Shown here: piece after piece, positions 13,604 to 26,263 of the stretch
How positions within the stretch are numbered: the stretch's first letter is position 1
How the letters are laid out: the number at the start of each line of letters is the position of its first letter
Translations under genes and position numbers: made by a program
From: Octopus sinensis
Taxonomy: Eukaryota
NCBI RefSeq assembly: GCF_006345805.1
Contig: NC_043008.1
Location: 60,698,001-60,762,000, forward strand
DNA: 64,000 nt
Reading direction: 5' to 3'
Notes under the pieces: model-generated
The model's input: the letters and a program-made list of their open reading frames with translations, nothing else
Told to the model about the DNA's origin: nothing
Databases searched by the model: none

Positions 13604-14993
13604 CACATACATACGATTGGAACTGGACGAACTAGTACCTGAGGGACGAGCTGTTTTATCCCGGAGCCTGAATTGTCAGATTATTACCATGCCTTCGCTC
13701 CCATTTGTCAGACGATAGATCTATATATCTTGTAATGATTCTTGTTTTATATACTCTATATTCATCGATTTATTCAATAGTCCATTTTCATCCTGTGAAT
13801 AATGTACTAAAACAAGTTGTCATGGACTCTTTAAAGTTTTTAAATATGGATGAATGAAAAGAGATTGTAGTGCCAAAGTTCACAAATACAAACACATTTA
13901 TATATTTAATAAAATATTTCTGAACAGTGAAATGTATAGTTTGCTCAAAGACTGATAAATTATTACAGATGCCTGAATCTATAGTAAGTTCAAATCATGC
14001 GGCTTCAAGGAACATACCGAGGGAACAGCTTTTTACAGATAAGAATTTTGTAGGGTTTTTAATATGTATAGAGTCGTTTAATTAATGAGGGAGATAAGAA
14101 TTTAGAGAAACGGAATGTACATAGAATTAAAGGGTGGCGAAGAGTATAAGTATAAACAGCACTGTGAAGGAGGTCGATTTTCTGAGGGAAGAGATATTTA
14201 TATATATGTTTGTGTTACTATATACACACACGCACAAACACATGCACGTGTCTGAGTGTGTGTGTATGCATATCACTGAAGGATCTCATAAAAGGTGTTC
14301 ATTAATCGTAATGTCATTGTTTTTAATGTCTGTAATTGTTGAGTTGAGTGATTACTGAAACATTAAAGATTGATCAGGCAATTAACTTCATCTGACGCGG
14401 TTAATAGTCCGATCAATCCATAATAACCATGTTTAATAGTTTGTATTAACCATTGCCGACCGGGTCACACGGTTCATACTTCTCACTTGCAGTCTTCCCT
14501 TAATTTTCAAGAAGAAACTTTTATGTAATTCATTTTTTTTTCTGTTTTTTTTTTTTTTTTTCGTGAAATGAAATTCACTCATCCTACAATTTAAATACAG
14601 GAGACAATATCAGAATTAATTTGCCAGAAATATAACACTCGCGAATCCAAGGCTAATATATTCGGCAACGTCAGTTTTACTAACAGATAATGTGTCCACA
14701 ATATATAACATTTTGTTCGATACATTCTCTTTTCTTCTACTTCACCGTCTTTGCTACAGTTCATTATCTGTGTTAAATAAAAGTTGATAACTACTATAGT
14801 GTTGTGAGGAATAATTAGGTACCAATTCTCTCTGATCGAAGATATGAAATGATTTAATAGACTCTCGAAACATTTTTATTTCATACTCTATATATCAGTA
14901 GAAATTCCCTCCTTTCATAAATTGTAAATTGCCTCCATTTAGTTTTACAACCAGTGTGTCTTTGTTGTTTGTTGTAATATATACGACTACATG

Positions 14994-15190
14994 AAGGCAG
15001 CGAGCCGGCAGAATCGTTAGCCTGCCCGGGAAAATGCTTCGTAGCATTTCTTCCGTTTTTACGTTCTGAGTTCAAATTCCGCCGAGGTCGACTTTGCCAT
15101 TCATCCCGATAAAATAATTATTAGTTGAACACTGGAGTTGATTTGATTGACTCATCTTCGGCTGGTCTTGTTTCAAAATTAGAAACCAAT
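14994..15190 (+). mobile_element. SINE family B copy (type-2 tail, internal deletion)
   Basis: GAAGGCAGCGAGCCGGCAGAATCGTTAGC...GAGTTCAAATTCCGCCGAGGTCGAC. Confidence 0.85.
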
Positions 15191-15554
15191 ATATGGGTCT
15201 ACATAATAAATATACCCACATCCTTTTATTTCCTAACTATTTCTCTATCCCACTTTATTAGCGAATAACAGACATTGTTTAAACGTTTCTATATGCATTT
15301 GGAGAAATGCTGTTGGCTACGTTTCTCTCTTAAGTTTAATACCTAAGTACAACTGCTTCAGGTGAGCAACACAACCACCAAATACAAGTATTGAAAGTAT
15401 GTATTGCGTTTATAGTCCTTACTATTTAGATTGAAGCAATTACATATTAGCAGAGAACATTGCAGTAATAACCATTCAATGCCTTTCCTTCAGTATGCTA
15501 TATGTTCATTTATAAGACGGTTGTTATTTCTAGCAAGTCGGGTCGAGTGAGCAT

Positions 15555-15845
15555 GTTGCTGTTTCTTCCTTCTCGAGACATGCCTGGCTTATAAAGGCCG
15601 TTTTCCCGGTTTCATTGGCGTATAGGTTCCCCACCTGGACGCAACGCCGGTCCGTCAGAGGTGAGCTGCAAGATGCAGGAGGAAAGACAGAGAAAGTTGT
15701 GGCGAAAGAGTCAGCAGAAGTTCGCCATTACCTTCTGCTGGAGCAGCGTAGAGCTTAGGCGTTACGCTCATAAACACTTCGCACGATTTGAGATTCGAAC
15801 TTGCGATCCCTAGCTCGCTCTAACCAACTAAGTCATGTGCCTCCA
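15555..15845 (-). mobile_element. SINE family D (tRNA-Arg-like head), with deletions
   Basis: Colinear with 56577-56860 and 60494-60762. Confidence 0.85.
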
Positions 15846-17553
15846 CCGAGTGAGCGTGTGGATTCTTAATAATTGATTTCTTGGAAGTTTTCTAAAATGA
15901 CGTGATTTTGCTTGCACAGGAACGGAATAATGATCCATGATAAGGCTGAAGTCTGCTTAATTTCAATAATGTCTTGGTTCTTATTGTATCGACCAGACCA
16001 AAAAGTGATATATTGCAATGACAACACTAGAAATATTTCTACTAAATTAACATAAGAGAAAGAGAAGGTGAGGGCGAAAGAGAGGGGCAGGGGTGAGAGA
16101 TTCACTATTGTTTCTGAAATGGTATTTTTCCGTATTGATTCAGCTTTCATTGCTCGGCCCTTGATATTTGTTTCAAACATCTGTTACGCACCGAGAAATG
16201 GAACAGAATAAAGATATTCCGAAATATAAGAATATAAAGATATTCAGAGACATTCAACTCTCTGCAAATATCTATGGCAAGGCCTAAATCAGCTCTAACA
16301 AACAAGATACATGATCAAATATGTTCCAGTCGTGGCAATTCCATCTGTTTCTTATATAGAACTTGATTATTTAACATATTTATTTTCACGATACTTTCAT
16401 ATCGCTATATTTTCACTAAGCTTAATATACCATTCTGTCTTGCTCTTTTACACTCTTTCTCTATTTTCCTATCTCTCTCTTCTTCTCTCCTATTCAGTCG
16501 ATGTTTCATTCTCACCTCTTGCTTTCACTTGGCCCCGCTTTGCCTTACTCTGCTTTGAGCAAAATATAGTTGTGGTTTTAAGCAAGTTGAACGCTAGTAT
16601 TAAGACTATTTTCGTTGGCTCGCCTACTGCCTATATCTATTTCCTTGAATAAAACATGCAAACATATTCTGCCCACAATGTTTATCTAATTTGCTCCAGG
16701 AAATAGATGTCTACTACATATACTTTAGCTTACAAGATAACATATGATCGAAATATCAGTTCTAGATTTCTTTAGAGATATGATCTCTGAGTGATATCAT
16801 CTCTCAGCTGTATGACTGAATGTCTGACGATGTATTGGGTTATCCCAGGATGTTTACAATAACCGCTTCGTACAAGCTATTTAATATGGTTATGTAAGAT
16901 TTGCATATGGAGAGGTCAATGGTATACATAAACATGTGTTGCTCGAATAAAACAAAATAGAAAAAATAATACAATTCACACTTTTCCCGACTCACTCAGA
17001 AACACACAGAAACCCGAATACACACATACATGCTACCGAACGAACGTACATGAATCCGCGAGCACGCATAAACAGGCAAATGAATCATCCGTCGGTTTCG
17101 ACGATTGCTTATTCAGTGATTCAATAACCTGAAGTTTGCGCTCACTTTATTTTAGTACAAGTGGTTGAATATTCCCAAGATACATGTGAAATTACTATAC
17201 ACTAGATCAGAATTATCGTCATACTGTCAGCCGCGAAGCTGACCATGGGATATACGGGTACTCTCCATTCTGTATGCATGGTTTTCGTGCCCCATGTTTC
17301 ACATACAAAGCTTGGTTTCACCAGAAGCATCACTGGTGAACATTTTGTGAAGATAAGGTAGAATCCAAGACTACATTATAGAAAAGTTAAATTCTTAGCA
17401 AAACATTTGAACACTGACAAGGAAAGATTGCACCGGAAGAAGAGACTGAAAAGCAGGGAGAGTGAACTAAAAGGAATGAGTTAGCATATACTTACGTACA
17501 CTATACACAGTATGTGTGTGTATGTAGAATTATAATCAACTGATATTATTTTA

Positions 17554-18115
17554 TATTGGGAAAGTTCGTGCCGATTTTTAAAGGAAAGGAAAAGGTCAAT
17601 AAATAATTGCCATTACATTTTTAATCAACCAAATATGAACCATTTTGTTTTCACAATGCGTCTCCATCTTTCGTTTAACTTGAAAATACCCTCTTCCCAG
17701 AATTGAGGTGGTTTAATGGCAAAGAATTCATCAAGATATCTTTTTACGCCATCTAAGGAATTGAAATTTTTACCATTAAGACTATTCTGCAGAGACTTGA
17801 ATAAATGGAAATCCGAAGGAGCAATATCTGGTGAATATGGAGGGTGGGTAACATATCCCAGCCGAGCTGCAGAATATTTTTTTTTTGTTCCCAAAGCATC
17901 GAGTACCGAAAATGAACTTTCTTATTTTCCATTTTAAAGGGTTACAGAATTAACACAGGTTATAGGAACATAAACCTTCTTCCACGAAAAGATAGCTTAA
18001 ACTGTGCTCTAAATGGAGGTGTAGTCAAATCCTATTTTATGGACTCAACCATATTCTAAAATATGTCGAAATGTAAGCTATTGTAAATCGGCACGAACTT
18101 TCCGGACAACCCAAT
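17554..18115 (-). mobile_element. Internally deleted mariner (Tc1/mariner) DNA transposon
   Basis: TIRs TATTGGG[7-bp deletion]AAAGTTCGTGCCGATTT (17554) and AAATCGGCACGAACTTTCCGGACAACCCAATA (ends 18115), flanked by TA. Start MENKKVHFRYSMLWE at 17932 is joined directly to the C-terminal block containing PPYSPDIAPSDFHLF, the mariner YSPDLAP motif. Confidence 0.95.
17625..17932 (-). pseudogene. Mariner transposase remnant (about 15 N-terminal codons fused to the C-terminus; frameshifted)
   Basis: ORF 17625-17894 contains HPPYSPDIAPSDFHLFKSLQNSLNGKNF...FWEEGIFKLNERW. Confidence 0.9.
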
Positions 18116-18140
18116 ATAATTTCTCTTAATATATCACCTA

Positions 18141-18360
18141 AGGACGGCAGCGATCAAGAAGAGTCGTTAGCGTGCCGGACAAAATTCTTCGCAGCATTTC
18201 ATCAATCTTCATTTTCCATGTTCAAATTCCGTCTAGGTTAACTTTGCTTTACATCCTTTCTAGGTCGATAAAATAATTCCAGTTGAGCATTGGGATGGAT
18301 TTAATCGACTAACACCCCAACCCCTGATATTGCTGGTCTAGCCAAAATTTGAAACTAATA
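18141..18360 (+). mobile_element. SINE family B, diverged copy (type-2 tail)
   Basis: GTCGTTAGCGTGCCGG...GTTCAAATTCCG...CATCCTTTCTAGGTCGATAAAAT...AAAATTTGAAAC. Confidence 0.8.
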
Positions 18361-18674
18361 ACTCATCTAAGCGTAATAAATACACTGCTACAGCACTCCA
18401 TGCACGAAGCGACATTCGGTGTTTCCCCAGGCAAGAGTCAAGACCCTTAGTTTATTGCATTTTCTGTCACAAACAAACTATACATGTCTATAATTATTAC
18501 AGAATTCGATGTATCAGTTAGAGGATGGACCGCTGACGAAGCCTAATTATAACGAAATGTATTACGCTTCACCAAACTGCGAAAATCAGCTTCCCTTCCC
18601 TCTCTGCATTCTCTATTCAATGGATTTTAATCAAAATTCATTGGTTGATTACGTCAAATATTGTGTGTTACAAT

Positions 18675-18772
18675 TACACACACACACACACACACATACA
18701 CACACACACACATACACACACACAGAGACACACACACACATACATACACACAGAGACACACACACACACAAT
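18675..18772. repeat. (CA)n microsatellite
   Basis: Seen directly. Confidence 0.95.
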
Positions 18773-19252
18773 TACTGCATATTTGTGCATCAGTGCATCT
18801 ATACTCTACTTACGTTAGAGGAAGTACGTGCACGCTTGACTGTGCCTGAATACATATATGTGTGCTCGTGTGTGTCTGTGTGTGTGTGTGAATTATAGAT
18901 ACGATTTTACCATAAACAATTATGTATGGTTTAAGCAACCCATTACGTATTTTGACATTTTGCACCTCAAAAAAGTTTTTATATCATTTCTATCATTCTT
19001 TCACTTTCAAATTTGAAACTCATCTGATTTTTGCACTCAGCTTACCTCTTTGTTATGAGGCAATACTATTTATTATTTGGGAATATAATCGACAATAACT
19101 TCTATGTGGTTGACTGTTTATAAAGAAAGATACACTATATTTTGTATAATGGACGAAATTGAAAATGAAATACAGAATTGAATTAAATTTCCTGTAAGTA
19201 CATCTATGACGATAACAATAATAATAATGATAACAATAACGATAATAATAAT

Positions 19253-19657
19253 TGTGGGAATTTTAAACTTTTGGCACAAAGCCTGCAGTTTAGGAGGGGG
19301 GTAAGTCGATTACATCAACACCAGTGCATAACTGTTACTTAATATATCGACCCCGATATGATGAAAGGTAAAAGTCGACCTCGGCGGAATTTGATAACAA
19401 AATGTAGCGACGGGCGGATTATCTATTTCTTTACTACCAACGAGGGGCTAAACACAGACGGAACAAACAAGGGCAGACAAACGGATTAATTCGATTATAT
19501 CGACCCCAGTGCGTAACTGGAACTTATTTAATCGACTACGAAAGGTTGAAAGGCAAAGTCGACCTCGGCGGAATTTGAACTCAGAACGTAGCGGCAGACG
19601 AAATACCGTTCAGCATTTCGCCCGGCGTACTAACGTTTCTGCCAGCTCGCCGCCTTA
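19253..19657 (-). mobile_element. SINE family B dimer (headed type-1 unit followed by a headless type-2 unit)
   Basis: Two colinear bodies; junction near 19423; the headed unit spans 184 bp (19424-19607) plus head. Confidence 0.9.
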
Positions 19658-20499
19658 GATAATATTAATAATAATAACAACAACAACAACAACAACAACA
19701 AGGGATGAGCACCGCGCTGAATAACAGCAGGGATGTGCTGCATCGGGCTCTCCATTCAGAAAGAAATCTAATCTAATAACATCGGTGGAATGGGATAAAA
19801 GAACCTGTTGAAGACTTGAAGGAATCAGTCTTTTAACGAAAATAATCACAAAAATGTAATTTTAATGCCATACAAAGCACAATTTCTCCTATGCACGATG
19901 TCTCAGTGTAACATTTGGGAATACACACGCGAAATCAACATCGGAAAGTTTGCAAATTATAAAATATAAATGGAACAAAATAAGTACATAAATTGAGTAA
20001 TTACGCATACACTCGAATGTCTACACAATCCTATATACATTTTAATACCTGAAGGATTAAACATACATCCCAATGTTTACACAACTACGTGAAATTTATA
20101 GGACACACATACAGGCATATGAAAACACGTGTTACAAGCAAAGCAATAACAGAAAAATACAACAAACAATTTTTTTTTTATTTTTCGAACTATCACAGAC
20201 AGAGTGAACACTTCATAATTTTAAAAACACCACAAAAAATAAGCCTGGAGATAAACCTATCAACAAAAAAATACAGATATGGTAGCCTTAAGATGCTTGG
20301 ATACGAGCAATATTTTCATGCAGAGAACTCAGAAGCGGTGATGTCTCAAAAAATTATTCCTAAACAGACAGATCCGCCCCTTAATGTCAACGTCCAAGCT
20401 CGTCATGCATCAATGATAACAAAGTAAAATACAAACTGGCTCCCGTCACCCAGATCACCAAGTTCTTAAGGACTTCTAGCATGCCATATATTTCCCCCA

Positions 20500-22078
20500 A
20501 AATAAATCTACTACTGTACAAACCTACTTAATCTGGAAGCAGAAACACCTTAAAGTAAGACATAGAGAGTAACAACCTTGCCAACGTCAGAAGTAACATT
20601 ATGAAAGAGAAATTACTAACTGAATTAGAGACTGACCAAATTAAACAATCAGTAAGAGATAAAAGGAACGAAGTTGTAGCTAAAGAGGATACTACAGAGG
20701 AAATAATTATAGACCAGCCCAGGTCTGATGAAAATGCAATAATGATTGAAAGGCTTAATGTAACTGATAAGCAAAGTGAAATACTTTCTGAACCAACCAT
20801 AAACACTAAGGTAGATGAAAATCAAATACATGAAGAAAGTCACACAGAAATTGACCCAACAGGACTGCATAAAAAAATCAAATCACGACTCAATGGCTGA
20901 CAATTAAAGAAAACGGGTATGAATGAACGCGAAACTCTCCCAAAATTTCGCAATTCTAACCAAAGGAGTTCGTGAAATCCACCTTGAACTTAAGGATATA
21001 ATTTCAGCTAATGATATTGATATTACAGATGTCAACAACCTGTACTATGCATCCGCGAAAATCTCAACGATTCTACGTGGTGAATAGATCAGAAAACGAC
21101 AACATTCTCACCAAAAAGCCTACTTGGCAAGAGGGTATTCAACACCAAATTCAGCTACTTAAATCTGACATAGAATGTTTAAAAAACTTTATGTTTGACA
21201 AGAATATCAAACCGACAAAAATCTTAAAAGTAAAGAAAAAATATATGGAAACCACATTTGACATTGATAGCACCATAGAAACTATCAAGCAAAAGGTATG
21301 TGCAAAAGCTGCCCGCATAGGAAGGTTTGAAAAGTGCGTTGGATTCTTCAAGGATAACAACATGTTCGAAAATAATCCAAAATATTTTTTCAGGAAGATA
21401 CCATTTATAGTAAAGTCTGTCCCATCAAAATAAGAAGTGCAGGAATTTTGGAATAACATTTGGGCAGAAGAAAAATCACAAAGATTGATAGAATACCTAC
21501 AGATTTAGACTCCTTAGAAGAGCAAAAGTGGGAGGGTATCAAGGTAGAGGATATATGAATCTGCTTAACAACAATGTTTAAAATGCTAACATCTGTCTTG
21601 ACTGAAAATACCTTTATTTTCTTTTATAGAAAGTGGTATATTCCCTAATGAGCAAAAAGAATGTAAACATGGGTCCTATGGCTGTAAAGATCAGCTGCTC
21701 ATCAATATGATGATCTTGCGAGATTGTCACAAACGACACAAAAACTTGCCGATAGCCTGAATAGATTATAAAAAAGCTTGTGATAGTCTACCACAAAGCT
21801 GGATTAAGAAATGTATAAAATAGCACCTACTCCGCGAAACGTGTGCCTGTAAGTATGAGATCATGGAGAACCACAATGACTTTGAACAGTGACAATGAAT
21901 CTCTTAATGCTGGAGATGTAAGAATTTCATGTAGCATTTTCCAGGGTGACTCCTCTTTTGTCTAACCTTAATACCGCTCTCGAAATTGCTTGATGATATA
22001 CATGACGGCTATAAAATGTTTGATAGAAATATAAATCATCTCATTTACATGCATGATTTAAAGCTCTTTGCCAAAAAA
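20500..22078 (+). mobile_element. Decayed non-LTR retrotransposon, R4/Dong-type RT, 3'-truncated
   Basis: Interrupted reading frames give KPTWQEGIQHQIQLLKSDI, IETIKQKVCAKAARI, EFWNNIW, GCKDQLLIN (21680-21706), IDYKKA (21761-21778), IFQGDS (21936-21953) and INHLIYMHDLKLFAK (22031-22075; YMDD decayed to YMHD). The 5' boundary is uncertain. Confidence 0.88.
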
Positions 22079-22598
22079 GTAGTAGTAGTAGTAGTAGTAG
22101 GTGTCATTTTAGCAGTATGAGTAAATCAGGTCGTTGGTTAAAGTCGTTCCACTTGCGGCCATCATGTTTTGTTATTAGGTTTTTCTTTCACGAAATGAAA
22201 TCCAAGTCAACACAGCACACAATCCAATTCCGTTCAACTGCTTTTTTCCAGCATACCATGTGCTTTCGCCACATGTGGTGGGGTTGGTCTCTTGTTGACA
22301 CGTAACATTCTAGGTTTTTTTTTCTTTGTTTTAAATATAATTTACGTTTTCTTCTGTCTCTGTTTTTGTTTAATAATTCTATTTTCACCGTTGTACTTTT
22401 AACCGCCTCCTGCAATTTCCATCGTCATTTCTAAACTATGTCCCGTCCTCCTCATCAGCTTCATCCTTTTTTTCTTCCTTCTGCTTCTCTGCATTTTTCT
22501 AACGTTCCTTTATCTCCTCTCAGTGTTGGAAGCTTTGGCATACGATGCTTGCGATAACAGCTCTCTCCCTTTACAACCCTCTCTGCACCCTCACTCTT

Positions 22599-22640
<42 letters not shown>

Positions 22641-23139
22641 GGCAAGTTCGATCATTATTCCTAATAGAAACCATGCGAAAGGAGGTTAAAACCTCAGTTC
22701 AAGTAATCACATGTTGCAAACAGTTACATACCCAAACTAAAAACCAAATACCGAAACCACACCCGCGCACACACACAAACACACATACATACATATATAT
22801 ATATATATAAATAAATGAATATTTTTTTAAATTTTTCAAAAGAGAAAATTCTTTCCGCTTTTGATGTTTTCAGTTAAAACAGCTTCAATAGAAAACTAGC
22901 GAAGTGCAGGGAATAGACGAAAGAAACAAATTGTCACAAAGTAAAGGTCACACTGTCAATCAATGATTCGCTTCATTTTTTTGTTGTTTTTTTCAGGTTT
23001 TGGACATATTTTAAGCAAAAGGTCACTTTTATCGTTTACGTCGACTAATCAGAGAGTTAGTGCATTCTAATCTGAAGAGAAATCTATTGACGGTGGAACG
23101 AGACGAGCTTAATTCTTCCGTTCTTTTTCGTTTATATTT

Positions 23140-23318
23140 TAATTTTTTTTAGTTTAGTTGATATTAATTTTTCTTGTATTTTATGTATAGTTATTTATTT
23201 TTATGAATTTATTTATTTTATTATTAATGCATTTAGTTTATTATTATAATTATTATTATTGCAATTTTTATTATTATTTTTATTATTATTGTTATTATTA
23301 TTATTAATATTATTATTA

Positions 23319-23350
<32 letters not shown>

Positions 23351-23420
23351 GTTATTATTATTATTATTATTATTATTTTGTTATTATTATTATTATTTTA
23401 TTATCATTAATGCATTTATT
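23140..23420. repeat. (TTA)n/(TTG)n low-complexity tract
   Basis: Seen directly; source of the poly-Leu ORF. Confidence 0.92.
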
Positions 23421-24146
23421 TGTTTTCATTTATTTCTTGTGTATTGGAGAATTAGAAATAATGTATAAATGTGTGGTACATTTGCTACCGTGTGGTGGCG
23501 CTCTTCAAACCGTGTGATCACATTAGAAAAATTGCAAAAGGGCATATTTTCGGTGTTTGATGTGCTGCTGCTGCTGATTGTGTTTTTTATTCGTTGCTGC
23601 TGCTGCTGCTTCTACCGTTGTTGTTGTTATTGTTGCTAGTAATGGTAGTGATGATATTGTTGTTTTTTTTGTGTGCAATGTCTGATATTTGATACCAAAT
23701 ACTGTCAGAAAAATCGATGAATGCGAAAAACAAAATATAGAGATACACGGGTGAGTGAAAGGGGGAGAAACAGAAGAGATATGAAGAAGAAAAAAAAAGA
23801 GAGATATATATATATAAAGGCATACAAAGAGAGGAAGATCTAAATTAGCGGGGAGAAGCATAATTTCAATAATTTTGCAGAAAAAGAATAACACACGCAT
23901 ATATGTGTGCGAGTATGTATGTGTGTGTGTATGTGAACATACAACATACATGAATACATCTGCGTCTGTACAATTATGTATGTGCATGTGTGTCTTTATA
24001 GTAAAGTGTTCTTACCTATTAGTGGCGCTGCTTTATCGCAGAACACTAATATATGCATACTATACATGTATACATAGGTATGCTCGTATATGTATATGAA
24101 TATTTATGCCTGTTTATGAGTAACTAAAGTGACATAACTACGGTAT

Positions 24147-24147
<1 letters not shown>

Positions 24148-24207
<60 letters not shown>
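24148..24207. repeat. (AT)n microsatellite
   Basis: Seen directly. Confidence 0.97.
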
Positions 24208-24208
<1 letters not shown>

Positions 24209-24989
24209 CGTTTTTTTTTAGCTTATTTATTTGTGTGTTGACGAATGGGTGTTTATATTCTTGTATATTTTATGCACTTTGCCATATTCTAAAAAGGAAA
24301 TCTCACTTATTTTCATACTGAAATTCATCCCCACACCACATTCCCCTCGTCCCATTCTTGTGCACTACTCTAAGTTATTCTATACCATTCTATTCACACT
24401 TTTACAGACCCCCTCCCTATACCTCTGTACACGTGTTTACACGCCGCTAAAAGAGCATGTTGTTTAGTTAACTCTGCCCCATCATGAGGCTCAAGTGGTT
24501 TCATGCTTCCTCCCTGCTTCACACCAGCAACAACGGCTACAGCATAAACATCACGAGTAGGAAGGAAAAGACAAAGACCAACACCATCAGCAACAACAAT
24601 AACAGCATCAGCAGTACTAGAAGTCTATAAAAAGTGTAATCGAGTACACATCGCGTTGCCATTACAAAATTATGAATAATCGTCATTCCTGTACACAATT
24701 GGATTAGGGACACATTGTATTCTGTTCAATCTATCTCCGTTGCAAGCAGGGTTCTTTCTGTCAGTATTGAAAAACACCAATTTCTATATACGAGAATGAA
24801 TAAATGCTAAGCTCTGATCTTTGGCATGACCATGCCAATATTTTCTGAGTAATGTGGCAGGCGTACTGTCATGTTTTTGTTTTTTTCTTGTTTTGCTTTC
24901 GCTTTGGTGCTTTTTTTTGTGGGTGATAGTGGTTTCTCTTTCTAATAAAGTTGAAAAATTAAAGGTTTGAATTTGAAATCTGTGTAAAG

Positions 24990-25402
24990 AATTAAGAAAA
25001 ACAGATTTGAAAGAGAAAAGAAACAAAGAGAAGGAAAGATTGAAGGTAAAGGAAAAGAGATTAAAGGAAGAGAGAAATAGAGAGAAGGGGAAGAGAAAGG
25101 TGGAGATAAATTATTTTTTCTCATAAAAATCATGCAAGTTGCATTAAATTAATGATAACATCCATTCATTATTTTAAATATAAAAAATCTAGTCGGCAGC
25201 TGAATATCTGCTACACATTTCTACTCACTCATAACTCTTCTTCTTTACTCAGTAACTCCTTCACATACAGCTATCTCTCTCCCTCTCTGATTCTCTCTCT
25301 CTCTCTCACTCATTTTTGTGATTTTTCTTCTCTGCTTTCTTTCATCTGCTCTCAAAATTTTACACCATATTCTTTACTGTCACACACTCTCTCTCCGCCT
25401 AA

Positions 25403-25435
<33 letters not shown>

Positions 25436-25640
25436 ACTCTCTTTCTTTCTCTCTCATTCACTTTCCTTTTGTCTTTCTTTACTTCACTCCCTATGCTACC
25501 CTTTATATAACCCATCACTATAGCAGTGTATTCGTCATACATCTTTACTGAAAATCGAATAAATAACGACACACACACACACACACACACACAGACACAC
25601 ACACACACACATACACACGCACGTGCAAGCTCGTATATGG
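24990..25640. repeat. Purine-rich tract, (CT)n tracts and (CA)n
   Basis: Seen directly. Confidence 0.8.
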
Positions 25641-26173
25641 AAAAACATTCACACATGAATACACACATACATGCAGACATATATGCAAGCATAAACACAC
25701 ACGCGCATACACACACATTTACACACCCATACCGTTAAATTCTTACTTTATTCATTCATTTAATCTCTCTCCCTAATTTCTCATCTAGTTTTTATTATCT
25801 TTCATTCATATTTTCTTCCTCTCCCTCTCTCTCTCCTTCACACTGTCTATCCTATACATTTTCCCCACACATCCTCTGCCCTTACAATCATTATGTTTCT
25901 ACTTGTATTGCAACAACTACTACTACTAGTAATACTACTAGCGTTGCTGTTGCTACTACTACTACTTCAAACACCACCACTGCCACTAATAGTACAGCCA
26001 ACACGACCACCACAACCATTCCCACTCATAGCATTAATAGCGCCACCACTACTAACCATCCATTGCACTATTAGCACATCTTAATGTGTACACCCCTATC
26101 TCTACTAATATTTGTGTTTCATTAATTCAACTTTAATTTCCTCTTTCACCATCAAAATTTCTCCCTTTCTCGC

Positions 26174-26221
26174 TATGTATGTATGTATGTATGTATGTAT
26201 GTATGTATGTATGTATGTATG

Positions 26222-26259
<38 letters not shown>
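26174..26259. repeat. (TATG)n(TA)n microsatellite
   Basis: Seen directly. Confidence 0.95.

Positions 26260-26263
<4 letters not shown>

Noticed and set aside
24484-24630. 48-codon small ORF MRLKWFHASS... ending at a TATAAAA
   Set aside because: The C-terminal half is (CAA/CAG) low complexity; no supporting evidence.
24821-24838. TTGGCATG-AC-CATGCCAA inverted repeat
   Set aside because: 8-bp arms are expected by chance in 64 kb, and the spacing does not fit the NF-I site.
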